Part shown: positions 41,116 to 50,140 of the stretch, piece by piece | Layout of the letters: every line of letters starts with the position of its first letter | Position numbering within the stretch: the first letter of the stretch is position 1 | NCBI GenBank assembly: GCA_025964775.1 | Contig: JAOPYE010000024.1 | Coordinates: 29,125 to 93,124, forward strand | Origin: Marmoricola sp. | Lineage (GTDB): Bacteria > Actinomycetota > Actinomycetes > Propionibacteriales > Nocardioidaceae | Reading direction: 5' to 3' | Length of the DNA stretch: 64,000 bases | The notes under the pieces: generated by a model | Seen by the model: only the letters and a program-made list of their open reading frames with translations | Database searches by the model: none | Told to the model about the DNA's origin: nothing | Made by a program: the position numbers and the translations under genes

Positions 41116-41245
41116 GTGCGTTCCTTCCGTTTCGGAAGGCGTCCTTGGCTCTGCCGAGCGTGGCGGACCCAGGCCACATCTCGCAGGGATCCGTTGCAAC
41201 GCCTCTCGACCGGACGAGTCTACGTGGTGGGTCCGCCCACACCGG
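41116..41245 (-). promoter_or_regulatory. structured metH leader: candidate SAH-riboswitch-like aptamer plus SD-sequestering hairpin
   Basis: Minus-strand RNA UCGAGAGGCGUUGCAACGGAUCC...GGGUCCGCCACGCUCGG...ACGCCUUCCGAAACGGAAGGAACGCAC-GUG. Pairings read directly: 41205-41209 with 41154-41158; 41187-41193 with 41164-41170; 41199-41204 with 41137-41142. Hairpin CCUUCCG-AAA-CGGAAGG (41123-41139) covers the SD. Confidence 0.4.
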
Positions 41246-41376
41246 GCTGATTTCTCATGTTGACACCCACGTTCACCGTAGGCTGAAGAGATGATCCTCG
41301 CTACGCTCGTCAACGCGCTGTCGCCCACTCGGCCTCACCTCGCTGGCGCTCGGCGGGCGCTCGATAGGCTCCGCGC

Positions 41377-42237
41377 GTGATCGAGATCGACGACGTCCGC
41401 CCCCTCGTCAACCCGGTCATGCTCAGCGCCTTCGAGGGCTGGAACGACGCCGCAGGAGCCGCTACCGGCGTCCTCGACCACCTGATCGACGTCTGGGACG
41501 CCCAGCTGGTCGCTGCGATCGACCCGGAGGACTTCTACGACTTCCAGGTCAACCGCCCGGTGGTCGGCACGTCCGAGGACGGGATGCGCCGGATCACCTG
41601 GCCCTCGACCCAGCTCTACGTCGCCCGCCCGGCAGGTTCGCACCGCGACGTGGTCCTGCTCCGCGGGATCGAGCCGAACATGCGCTGGCGCCAGTTCTGC
41701 GCCGAGCTGCTGGCTGCTGCCGACGACCTCGAGGTCGTCGAGGTCGTGACCCTCGGAGCACTGCTCGCCGAGACCCCGCACACGCGTCCGATCCCGGTGA
41801 CCGGAACAGCCACCGAGCTGGACCTCGACGACCGGCTCAAGCTCGAACCGTCGACCTACGAGGGCCCGACCGGCATCGTCGGAGTACTGCAGGACGCGTG
41901 CGCGCGCCTCGACATCCCGGCGGTCTCGTTCTGGGCAGCCGTCCCGCACTACCTCCCCCAGGCACCGTGTCCCAAGGGCACGCTGGCGTTGCTGGCCCAG
42001 GTCGAGGACCTCCTCGAGATCTCCATCCCGCTCGGAGACCTGCCCGAGGAGACCCGCGCCTGGGAACGCGGGGTCGCCGAGCTTGCCGAGGAGGACGAGG
42101 ACGTGGCCGAGTACGTACGCAGCCTCGAGGAGTCCAAGGACACCGCAGACCTCCCGGAGGCCAGCGGCGAGGCGATCGCCCGCGAGTTCGAGCGCTACCT
42201 CAAGCGCCGGGAGAACCCGGGCGACGGGCCGGTCTAG
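41377..42237 (+). CDS. PAC2 (proteasome assembly chaperone 2-like) family protein
   Basis: NPVMLSAFEGWNDAAGAATG, LLRGIEPNMRW, YEGPTGIVGVLQ, and an acidic C-terminal tail. GTG start. Confidence 0.75.
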   Translation: MIEIDDVRPLVNPVMLSAFEGWNDAAGAATGVLDHLIDVWDAQLVAAIDPEDFYDFQVNRPVVGTSEDGMRRITWPSTQLYVARPAGSHRDVVLLRGIEPNMRWRQFCAELLAAADDLEVVEVVTLGALLAETPHTRPIPVTGTATELDLDDRLKLEPSTYEGPTGIVGVLQDACARLDIPAVSFWAAVPHYLPQAPCPKGTLALLAQVEDLLEISIPLGDLPEETRAWERGVAELAEEDEDVAEYVRSLEESKDTADLPEASGEAIAREFERYLKRRENPGDGPV

Positions 42238-43467
42238 TTACAGCAGCAGGCCGAGCGCCGCATCGGCGAGCGCCCGGATCACCTGTCCGGCGCCGGGCTC
42301 GGAGTCGTCGCCCAGATCGGTCGCCTCGGCCCAGTCGGAGAGCGCCGCCAGGGCACGCGGCGCGTCCAGGTCGTCGGCCAGCGCCTCGAGCACCTCGGCC
42401 ACCACACCCGCGCTCGAGGCCCCGGCCGGCTTCGCGGCGGCGACCTTGACCTCGTGATACTCCTCCGCCGAGACCGCCAGCAGGTCGTTGTCCCACTCCC
42501 AGTCCTCGCGGTAGTGGTGGGTCAGCAGCTCCCAGCGGATCGCCATCGGGTCGACGCCCTCGCCGCGCAGCCGCGAGACGAGCTCGAGGTTGCCCTTGGA
42601 CTTCGACATCTTCTCGCCGTCCAGGGCCACCATCCCGGCGTGCACGTAGGCGCGCGCGAACCGGTGCTCCGGATCGGCGACCTGGGCCTCCGAGGCGCTC
42701 ATCTCGTGGTGCGGGAAGACCAGGTCACTCCCGCCGCCCTGAACGTCGAAACCGGCTCCCAGGTGTTCGCGCGAGATGGCCGAGCACTCGATGTGCCACC
42801 CGGGCCGGCCCCGACCCAGGGCGGAGTCCCAGGCCGGGTCGTCGGGTCGCTCGCTCTGCCAGAGCAGGCAGTCCAGCGGATCCTTCTTGCCGGGCCGGTC
42901 CGGGTCTCCCCCGCGCTCGGCGAAGATCGCCAGCATCTGCTCCCGGTCCCAGCCGGAGACGGCACCGAAGTCCGGGTCGGCGGTCACCGAGAAGTACAGG
43001 TCGCCGTCGACGTCGTAGACGGCACCCGTGGCCTGCAACCGCTCGATCATCGCCACGACCAGCGGAATCGACTCGACGGCACCGATGTACTCGTCGGGCG
43101 GCAGCACCCGGAGCGCCTCCATGTCGGTGCGGAAGAGCTCCGTCTCGCGCTCGGCGAGCTCGACCCAGTCCTGGCCGGTCGCGACGGCACGTTCCAGCAA
43201 CGGGTCGTCGACGTCGGTGACGTTCTGGACGTAACGGACCTGGTGACCGGCGCTGCGCCAGGCCCGGTTCAGCAGGTCGAAGGCGACGTAGGTGGCGGCG
43301 TGCCCCAGGTGGGTGGCGTCGTACGGCGTGATCCCGCAGACGTACATCCGCGCGGTCCCGGTCTCCGGGGTCAGTGTGACCAGTCCCCGGGTGGCCGAGT
43401 CGTACACCGCTACCGGCGGACCCGGACTCGCGAGGGCGGGGACGACAGGAGCAGACCAGGCACGCAT
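42238..43467 (-). CDS. mshC: cysteine--1-D-myo-inosityl 2-amino-2-deoxy-alpha-D-glucopyranoside ligase (mycothiol ligase)
   Basis: Class I aaRS-like: [20 protein letters not shown] (HIGH) and KMSKSKGN (KMSKS). CysRS paralogue lacking the anticodon-domain length, as in MshC. Confidence 0.85.
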   Translation of the reverse strand: MRAWSAPVVPALASPGPPVAVYDSATRGLVTLTPETGTARMYVCGITPYDATHLGHAATYVAFDLLNRAWRSAGHQVRYVQNVTDVDDPLLERAVATGQDWVELAERETELFRTDMEALRVLPPDEYIGAVESIPLVVAMIERLQATGAVYDVDGDLYFSVTADPDFGAVSGWDREQMLAIFAERGGDPDRPGKKDPLDCLLWQSERPDDPAWDSALGRGRPGWHIECSAISREHLGAGFDVQGGGSDLVFPHHEMSASEAQVADPEHRFARAYVHAGMVALDGEKMSKSKGNLELVSRLRGEGVDPMAIRWELLTHHYREDWEWDNDLLAVSAEEYHEVKVAAAKPAGASSAGVVAEVLEALADDLDAPRALAALSDWAEATDLGDDSEPGAGQVIRALADAALGLLL

Positions 43468-43489
43468 GGGGGAACCTTAACGACCTTGC

Positions 43490-44311
43490 TCAGAACGGGG
43501 GCCACGGGAGGGAGGGCCACCCGGGTCCCGGGTCGGGGAAGCGCCCGGCCGCAGTCAGGCGGGCGAGCCGGACGCGCGTCCGGGCCCGCTCGGCCCGGGT
43601 GAGCAACGCAGCGAGCTCATCGTCCAGGCCGGCAGCGAACGCCCGGTCCAGGGCAGCGAGTCCGGCACGTTCCTCGACGGTGAACGGCTGACCGGCCCAG
43701 CCCCACAGGACGGTGCGCAGCTTGTCCTCGACGTGGAAGCAGACACCGTGGTCCACGCCGTACCGGTGGCCGCCGGCCATGGCGAGCACATGGCCGCCCT
43801 TGCGGTCGGTGTTGTTCACGACGATGTCGAACAGCGCCATCCGGCGGAGAGGGGCACTGTCCTCGTGGACGAGGGTGACCGGTCGCTCACGGTCGTCGTA
43901 CGCATCGAGAACGGCGAGCTGTCCTGGTGCGACCCGGCCCTGGGGAACGATGTCGACGCTCGCCTGGTCGGGATCCGGCTCGCACCACAGCTGGACCATG
44001 CCCGGACCGGCGGGCCCGTCCCGCAGCAGCGTCGGCGGTACGACGGACCAGCCGAGCGACTCGGAGACCAGGCGGGCGGCGTACTCACGTTCGGCCAGGG
44101 TGCCGTCGTCGAAGTCCCAGAGCGGGCGTTCGCCCGAGACCGGCTTGTAGACCGCCTGGACGCCGTCCTCCTCCGCGCCGAGGCGGCACAGCCAGGTGTG
44201 GTTCGAGGCGGGCATGATCCGGCCCAGTAACGTCATTTCGCCGTGGGCCAGCAGCTCCTCGACCCCGGGATCGGGAACGGGTTCGGTGTCCGACCGCGGT
44301 GCCGAGCTCAC
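43490..44311 (-). CDS. SCO1664-family protein (PI3/PI4-kinase-like fold predicted)
   Basis: AVYKPVSGERPLWDF, FDIVVNNTDRKGGHVL and GVDHGVCF resemble a kinase catalytic loop and DxG. The GTG at 44311 overlaps the DUF3090 stop (GTGA). Confidence 0.65.
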   Translation of the reverse strand: MSSAPRSDTEPVPDPGVEELLAHGEMTLLGRIMPASNHTWLCRLGAEEDGVQAVYKPVSGERPLWDFDDGTLAEREYAARLVSESLGWSVVPPTLLRDGPAGPGMVQLWCEPDPDQASVDIVPQGRVAPGQLAVLDAYDDRERPVTLVHEDSAPLRRMALFDIVVNNTDRKGGHVLAMAGGHRYGVDHGVCFHVEDKLRTVLWGWAGQPFTVEERAGLAALDRAFAAGLDDELAALLTRAERARTRVRLARLTAAGRFPDPGPGWPSLPWPPF

Positions 44312-44898
44312 GAACGTGTACGCCGGAAACCGTTGGCGCGCGGGCAGAGGTGACCGGCGGGGTCGATCGGTCCGCCGCAGAACTGGCACGACGGGCGTCC
44401 GGCCTGGACGACCGAGGCAGCACGCGTGGCGAACACCCGCGCGAGCACCGGGGTCAGTCGCACGATGAAGAGCTCGTCCGGTTCGGGCTCGTCGATGGGC
44501 AGGTCGACGAGGTCGTCCTCGGCAGCTTCGATCGGGACCTCGACCTCGATCACCGGGAAGACCTCGACCACGACTCGTTCGTCGTCGGCGTCCCAGGACA
44601 GCGTGATCGTGCCGGCACGGAACTCTTCGACGATCGGCTGGTCCAGGGGGCCGTTGTCGACCAGGTCGGTCGGCGTGATCGCCGGGATGAGGCTGGCGAT
44701 GCCACCCGAGCTGAGGAGCTCGTCGAGGAGTTCGTCGACGCGTTCGCCGAGGATCTCCACCTGCTGCTTCTCCAGAGCGACGCTGGTGACCCGCATCCCG
44801 GAGCGTGCCTGCAGGAAGAAGGTGCGCTGCCCGGGCTCACCGACGGTGCCCGCGATGAATCGTTCGGGCGGGTCGAAACGATGGACCAGGGGCGGCAT
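44308..44898 (-). CDS. DUF3090 family protein
   Basis: FDPPERFIAGTVGEPGQRTFFLQA and a C-terminal CQFCGGPIDPAGHLCPRANG. Confidence 0.7.
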   Translation of the reverse strand: MPPLVHRFDPPERFIAGTVGEPGQRTFFLQARSGMRVTSVALEKQQVEILGERVDELLDELLSSGGIASLIPAITPTDLVDNGPLDQPIVEEFRAGTITLSWDADDERVVVEVFPVIEVEVPIEAAEDDLVDLPIDEPEPDELFIVRLTPVLARVFATRAASVVQAGRPSCQFCGGPIDPAGHLCPRANGFRRTRS

Positions 44899-44915
44899 GG
44901 AGCGAGCCTACGACC

Positions 44916-45614
44916 TCACCGGGAGGGCCCTGAGCCACCGCCCAGCTTCTCGTCCAGCTTCTCCTCGGACCCTGCGCCGGCGTGGTTGCCCAGGTGGGCA
45001 AGCGATCCGCTGCTCGTGTTGGTCGCGAGCACGTAGGAGCGACGCGTCGTGTAGTGGATCACCGACAGGCTCGCCGGATCGATGACGATCCGCTGGAACG
45101 AGTCCAGGTGCATGCCGAGGGCGTCCGCGAGGATCGCCTTGATGATGTCGCCGTGTGCGACGGCCAGCCAGACGGCGTCGTCGCCGTGCTCGGCAGCGAC
45201 CTTCGCGTCGCAGGCCCGCACCGCCGCGACCGAACGCGCCGACATCTCCGCCATCGACTCCCCACCCGGGAACCGGACGCCGGCCGGGTGGGCCTGGATG
45301 ACCTTCCAGAGGTCCTCCTTGACGAGGTCCTTCATCGGGCGTCCGGCCCAGTCGCCGTAGTCGCACTCGGTGAGCCCGCGCTCGACCCGGGCCCGCAGGC
45401 CCGTTCCGCGGAGCAGCAGCGCCGAGGTCTCCTTGCAGCGTTCGAGCGGGCTGGTGAACGCCGCGGCCAGGGCGAGGCCGTCCAGCCGAGACGCTGCCGT
45501 CCGGGCCTGCCCGGCGCCGACCTCATCGAGCCGGATGCCCGGTGTCCTGCCGGCCAGCACACCGGTCGCGTTCGCCTGCGTCCGCCCGTGCCGCGCGAGG
45601 ATCACCGTTGCCAC
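44916..45614 (-). CDS. histidine phosphatase superfamily protein (MSMEG_4193-type putative phosphomutase/phosphatase)
   Basis: ILARHGRTQAN (RHG catalytic motif), ERCKET and VAHGD. Confidence 0.8.
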   Translation of the reverse strand: MATVILARHGRTQANATGVLAGRTPGIRLDEVGAGQARTAASRLDGLALAAAFTSPLERCKETSALLLRGTGLRARVERGLTECDYGDWAGRPMKDLVKEDLWKVIQAHPAGVRFPGGESMAEMSARSVAAVRACDAKVAAEHGDDAVWLAVAHGDIIKAILADALGMHLDSFQRIVIDPASLSVIHYTTRRSYVLATNTSSGSLAHLGNHAGAGSEEKLDEKLGGGSGPSR

Positions 45615-45673
45615 GCGACGAACCTACCGCGAGCCTGCGCCACGGCAGGCGAGCGTGTTCTAGCCTCGGACAC

Positions 45674-46654
45674 GTGATCGTGGACAACGCTCTCTACCGC
45701 AACGGCATCCGGGTCGACTGCGGCACCGCCGTCTCTGACCTGGCGGGAGTCCGCTCTCGTGCCAGCGAACCCGGCGACTTCGTCTGGGTCGGGCTCCATG
45801 AACCGAGCGAGACCGAGCTCAACACGGTCGCGACGGTCTACGACCTGCATCCGCTCGCGGTCGAGGACGCCCTGATGGCGCACCAGCGCCCCAAGCTGGA
45901 GCGCTACGACGACTCGCTCTTCCTGACCCTCAAGACGCTCTGGTACGTGAACGAGAACGACGCCGTCGAGACCGGCGAGATCAACGTCTTCGTCGGGCCA
46001 GACTTCGTGGTGACCGTGCGGCACGGCAAGGGCGGCGGCCTGCACGACGCGCGACTGGCCCTGGAAGGCATGCAGAAGGTGCTCGCCCACGGTCCGTCCG
46101 CTGTCGTCTACGCCGTCTGCGACCAGGTCGTCGACCGTTACGAGGAGGTGGCGGAGGAGCTGGTGATCGACGTCGACGAGGTCGAGAACTCGGTGTTCGC
46201 ATCCCAGCGCACGAACGACTCCGAGCGGATCTACATCCTCAAGCGCGAGCTCGCCGAGATGCGCCGGGCGGTCCTGCCGCTGCGCGATCCGGTGAACCGC
46301 TTCGCCACCGGCGCGGTCCGTGGCATCGACACCGAGGCGGCGCCGTACTTCCGCGACGTGGCCGACCACCTCTCGAGCGTCACCGAGACGATGGACAACC
46401 TCCAGGAGCTGCTGACCGCTGCCTTCGAAGCGCACATGGCGCAGATCAGCATCCAGCAGAACGACGACATGCGGAAGATCTCCGCGGCAGTCGGCCTGAT
46501 CGCCGCCCCGACCCTGATCGCCGGCATCTACGGGATGAACTTCCACCGGATACCAGAGCTTGCCTGGCCCTTCGGCTACCCGATGGCGCTCACCATGATG
46601 GCGTGCAGCTCCCTGGCCATCTGGATCATCGCCCGCCGGTCCGGTTGGCTCTGA
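45674..46654 (+). CDS. corA: CorA-family magnesium/cobalt transporter
   Basis: Two C-terminal TM helices with YGMNF. GTG at 45674 (VIVDNALYRNG); the track ORF from 45542 overlaps the upstream gene. Confidence 0.85.
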   Translation: MIVDNALYRNGIRVDCGTAVSDLAGVRSRASEPGDFVWVGLHEPSETELNTVATVYDLHPLAVEDALMAHQRPKLERYDDSLFLTLKTLWYVNENDAVETGEINVFVGPDFVVTVRHGKGGGLHDARLALEGMQKVLAHGPSAVVYAVCDQVVDRYEEVAEELVIDVDEVENSVFASQRTNDSERIYILKRELAEMRRAVLPLRDPVNRFATGAVRGIDTEAAPYFRDVADHLSSVTETMDNLQELLTAAFEAHMAQISIQQNDDMRKISAAVGLIAAPTLIAGIYGMNFHRIPELAWPFGYPMALTMMACSSLAIWIIARRSGWL

Positions 46655-46656
46655 GG

Positions 46657-47481
46657 TCAGGTAGCCGACATCACGTTGGTCGCCAGGAGGACCAGCAGCA
46701 CCACGCCGAGACCGACCCGGTACGGCACGAACTTGCCGATGCTGTGGTGAGCGACGAACTTCAGCAGCCAGGCGACCGACGCGTAGGCGACCACGAACGC
46801 GACCAGGGTGCCCACGATCGTCGGTCCGACCGCGAGGCCGTGCCCGTCCTTGTGCACCTCGTAGGCACCCGCCGCGACCAGGGACGGGATCCCCAGGTAG
46901 AAGGACATCCGGGTGGCCGTGACCCGGTCCAGACCCTGAGCCAGGCCCGCCGAGATGCTGGCACCGGACCGCGAGACGCCGGGGATCAACGCGAGGCACT
47001 GCACGACTCCCATGACCAGTGCGTCACGGAGGTTGAGCGCGGTCTCGCCGCGCTTCTGCGTCGCCCGTCGCTCCGCGAGGATCATCGCGCCGCTCCAGAT
47101 GATCAGTGCGGCTGCCACCACCCACAGCGAGCGCAGGCTGCCGGAGACCAGGTTCCGCGCGGCGAAGCCGACGATCCCGATGGGGATCGAGCCGACGATG
47201 ATGTACCAGCCCATCCGGTGATCGAGTGTCCCGCGGTACTCGGGCCGGAAGACGCCGACGGTCCAGGCCTTCGCGATCCGCCAGATGTCCGTCCAGAAGT
47301 AGATCAGCACAGCCGCAATCGCTCCGACCTGGATCACGGCGGTGAACGCGGTGATGTTGTGAGCGTCGATCTTGTAGCCGAGCAGCTTCTCGGCGATGGT
47401 CAGGTGGCCGGTGCTGGACACGGGAAGGAACTCGGTGAGTCCCTCGACGATGCCCAGGATGATGGCGTCCAGATAGTTCAC
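46657..47481 (-). CDS. uppP: undecaprenyl-diphosphate phosphatase
   Basis: GIVEGLTEFLPVSSTGHL and PGVSRSGASI. GTG start. Confidence 0.9.
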   Translation of the reverse strand: MNYLDAIILGIVEGLTEFLPVSSTGHLTIAEKLLGYKIDAHNITAFTAVIQVGAIAAVLIYFWTDIWRIAKAWTVGVFRPEYRGTLDHRMGWYIIVGSIPIGIVGFAARNLVSGSLRSLWVVAAALIIWSGAMILAERRATQKRGETALNLRDALVMGVVQCLALIPGVSRSGASISAGLAQGLDRVTATRMSFYLGIPSLVAAGAYEVHKDGHGLAVGPTIVGTLVAFVVAYASVAWLLKFVAHHSIGKFVPYRVGLGVVLLVLLATNVMSAT

Positions 47482-47581
47482 GGGACCTGACCCTAGGGCC
47501 CGAACCTGACCTCGACCTGACCCAGCCTGCTACGGCGAGCCGCCGCAGGACGGCGCGTCAGCGCTGGTTAACCTTCTGCCT

Positions 47582-48553
47582 ATGCAGCAGCGGTACCTGG
47601 GCACGACCGGACTGAAGGTCTCGCGCCTCGGTCTGGGGACCATGACCTGGGGTCGCGACACCGACGAGCACGAAGCGCGTGACCAGCTGGCTGCTTTCGT
47701 CGAGGCCGGCGGGACGCTGCTCGACACGGCAGCCGGTTACGGCAACGGCGACTCCGAACGCGTCATCGGTTCATTGCTGGGCGATGTCGTGGCGCGCGAG
47801 GACGTGGTCCTCGCGACCAAGGCGGGCATCAGCCGGATCCGCGGTGATCGGGAGACCAACGGCTCGCGCGGATTCCTGCTCGACAACCTCGATGCCTCGT
47901 TGAAACGCCTCAAGGTCGACCACGTCGATCTGTGGCAGGTCCACACCTGGGTCGATGACGCGCCGCTCGAGGAGACCCTGAGCGCCCTGGACCACGCGTT
48001 GAACAGCGGCCGGGTCAGGTACGTCGGCATCTCCAACTACAACGGCTGGCAGTCTGCTCGCGCGGCGACGCTCCAGCGGTCGTTCCCGGGCCGCGCGGTG
48101 CTGGCGTCGAACCAGGTCGAGTACTCGCTGCTTGCCCGCGGAGTCGAGGCAGAGGTGATCCCGGCGGCGCAGGCACTGGGGATGGGCATCCTGCCGTGGT
48201 CACCGCTGGGTCGTGGCGTGCTGACCGGCAAGTACCGGACCGGTACGCCGGCGGACTCCCGGGCCGCCTCGCCGCACTTCGCCTCGTTCGTCGGGCGCCA
48301 CCTCAACGAACGCTCGGACCGGATCGTCGAGGCGATCACGCGAGCCGGTGAAGGTCTCGGCTGGTCACCGTTGGAGGTCGCCCTGGCGTGGGTGCGCGAC
48401 CGCCCCGGTGTGACGGCCCCGATCGTCGGCGCCAGGACCGCCGCGCAGCTGAAGGCTTCCCTCCTGGTCGAGGAGTGCGAGCTTCCCGACGAGATCTCCG
48501 CCGCGCTCGACGACGTCTCGGGCACCGAGTTCGGGACCCCGGGAGAACAGTGA
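47582..48553 (+). CDS. aldo/keto reductase
   Basis: LGTMTWG, LDTAAGYGNGDSE, DLWQVH, GISNY and QVEYSLL. Confidence 0.85.
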   Translation: MQQRYLGTTGLKVSRLGLGTMTWGRDTDEHEARDQLAAFVEAGGTLLDTAAGYGNGDSERVIGSLLGDVVAREDVVLATKAGISRIRGDRETNGSRGFLLDNLDASLKRLKVDHVDLWQVHTWVDDAPLEETLSALDHALNSGRVRYVGISNYNGWQSARAATLQRSFPGRAVLASNQVEYSLLARGVEAEVIPAAQALGMGILPWSPLGRGVLTGKYRTGTPADSRAASPHFASFVGRHLNERSDRIVEAITRAGEGLGWSPLEVALAWVRDRPGVTAPIVGARTAAQLKASLLVEECELPDEISAALDDVSGTEFGTPGEQ

Positions 48554-48792
48554 CCTCCGCCAGGGAGCGCACCAGCCAGCGCCGCGCACTGCGACCCGGG
48601 GTGGAGTACGAGTACGACCGGATGCTGATCTCGCGCGAGCTCTCGCGCAACGTCGTCACGCGACTGCTCGTCGAACGCGCCGAGACCGGAGGCTGGGAGC
48701 TCGATCGCGTCCGCATCTCCGCCGACGGCACCCGGCGGGTGATCCTGCGTCGCAAGATCATCCGTCAGCAGCCGCTCTGGTACGCCTGGTAG
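48550..48792 (+). CDS. small conserved protein (DUF5703-like)
   Basis: 80 aa, YEYDRMLISRELSRNVVTRLLVERAETGGWELDRVRISADGTRRVILRRK. The GTG overlaps the AKR stop (GTGA). Family name is recalled from memory. Confidence 0.5.
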   Translation: MTSARERTSQRRALRPGVEYEYDRMLISRELSRNVVTRLLVERAETGGWELDRVRISADGTRRVILRRKIIRQQPLWYAW

Positions 48793-48794
48793 GG

Positions 48795-50129
48795 CTACAG
48801 ACTCCCCAGGAACCGGTCGAAGACCCGCGCCCCGAACTGCAGCGAGTCGACGGGAACGCGCTCGTCGACACCGTGGAACAACGCTGTGAAGTCGAGGTCC
48901 TCGGGCAGCCGCAGCGGAGTGAACCCGAAGCACTTCATCCCGATCCCTGCCCAGTACTTCGCGTCCGTCCCGCCGCTCATCAGGTACGGCGCGACGATCG
49001 CATCGGGGTCCTCGGCGAGAAGCGCTGCGGTCATCGCTGCCGCCACCGGTCCGTCGTACGAGGTCTCCAGGGCTGGCATGTGGACGTCCCGGCTGATCTC
49101 CACCTCCGACCCGGCGAGCATCGCCAGGGTGTCCCAGAACTCGTCCTCGTAGCCGGGCAGGAAACGACCGTCGACGCGGGCCTCGGCACTCCCGGGGACG
49201 ACGTTCACCTTGTACCCGGCCTGGAGCATCGTCGGGTTGGTCGTGTTGCGGATGACCGCACCGAGCATCCGCGACGCGGCGCCGAACTCCTCGACCAGGC
49301 TCTCCGCGTTCTCAGGGGTCGCCTCGGTCCCGGCGAGCTCGGCCACTGCTGCGAGGAGCACCTCCATCGTCGGGGTCAGCCGTACCGGCCAGGTGTGCTG
49401 GCCGATCCGCGCGACGGCCGTGGCCAGATGCGTGACCGCGTTGTCCGGGTGCCGCATCGACCCGTGCCCGGCGTTCCCCCGGGCGGTCAGCCGCAGCCAG
49501 GCCATCCCCTTCTCGGCTGCTTCGATCAGGTAGACCCTGCGGCCGCGGACCGTCGTACTGAAGCCGCCGACCTCACCGATGGCCACCGTGCAGTCGTCGA
49601 GCAGGTCACGGTGTTCGGTCACCAGGTGGCCAGCGCCCTTGGCGCCACCGGCTTCCTCGTCGGCGGTGAAGCAGAGCACCAGCGGTCGGTCCGGTACGAC
49701 GCCGGCACGCGCCCGTGCCCGCACGCTGCTCAGCAGCATGGCGTCGAAGTCCTTCATGTCGACCGCCCCACGGCCCCAGACCATGGCTCCCCCGGGCCCG
49801 TCCCGCACGTCTCCGGAGAACGGGTCCACCGCCCAGTCCGCAGCGTTCGCCGGCACGACGTCGAGATGGCCGTGCAGCAGCACCGGCTCCCCGGTATCGC
49901 CGCCCCAGCGCCCGATCAGCGAGGTGCGGCCGGGCTCGGACTCGACGACCTGCAAGCTGATGCCGACCTCGTCGAGCAGCGCGGCAACGTGTTCGGCAGC
50001 CTTGCGCTCCCCCGGGCCGGGTTCGTCGCCGAAGTTCGTCGTGTCGATCGCGATCAGGTCACTGCAGATCTCGACGACCTCAGCGGCCGGGTCGTAGGCA
50101 CGCTCGCTCATGGGTTCATCCTGCCCCAC
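48795..50129 (-). CDS. M20/M25/M40 family metallopeptidase/deacylase
   Basis: LLHGHLDVVP, GRGAVDMKD and FTADEEAGG. Start is GTG 50129 or ATG 50111. Confidence 0.8.
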   Translation of the reverse strand: MGQDEPMSERAYDPAAEVVEICSDLIAIDTTNFGDEPGPGERKAAEHVAALLDEVGISLQVVESEPGRTSLIGRWGGDTGEPVLLHGHLDVVPANAADWAVDPFSGDVRDGPGGAMVWGRGAVDMKDFDAMLLSSVRARARAGVVPDRPLVLCFTADEEAGGAKGAGHLVTEHRDLLDDCTVAIGEVGGFSTTVRGRRVYLIEAAEKGMAWLRLTARGNAGHGSMRHPDNAVTHLATAVARIGQHTWPVRLTPTMEVLLAAVAELAGTEATPENAESLVEEFGAASRMLGAVIRNTTNPTMLQAGYKVNVVPGSAEARVDGRFLPGYEDEFWDTLAMLAGSEVEISRDVHMPALETSYDGPVAAAMTAALLAEDPDAIVAPYLMSGGTDAKYWAGIGMKCFGFTPLRLPEDLDFTALFHGVDERVPVDSLQFGARVFDRFLGSL

Positions 50130-50140
50130 CGCGGTGCAGG

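Noticed and set aside
41116-41376. Cobalamin riboswitch upstream of the B12-dependent metH.
   Set aside because: I could not find a B12-box-like element (GCCACTG-type core) or the expected multi-helix size. Biologically, B12 riboswitches normally repress the B12-independent metE, not metH. The SAH-type reading fits the sequence better.
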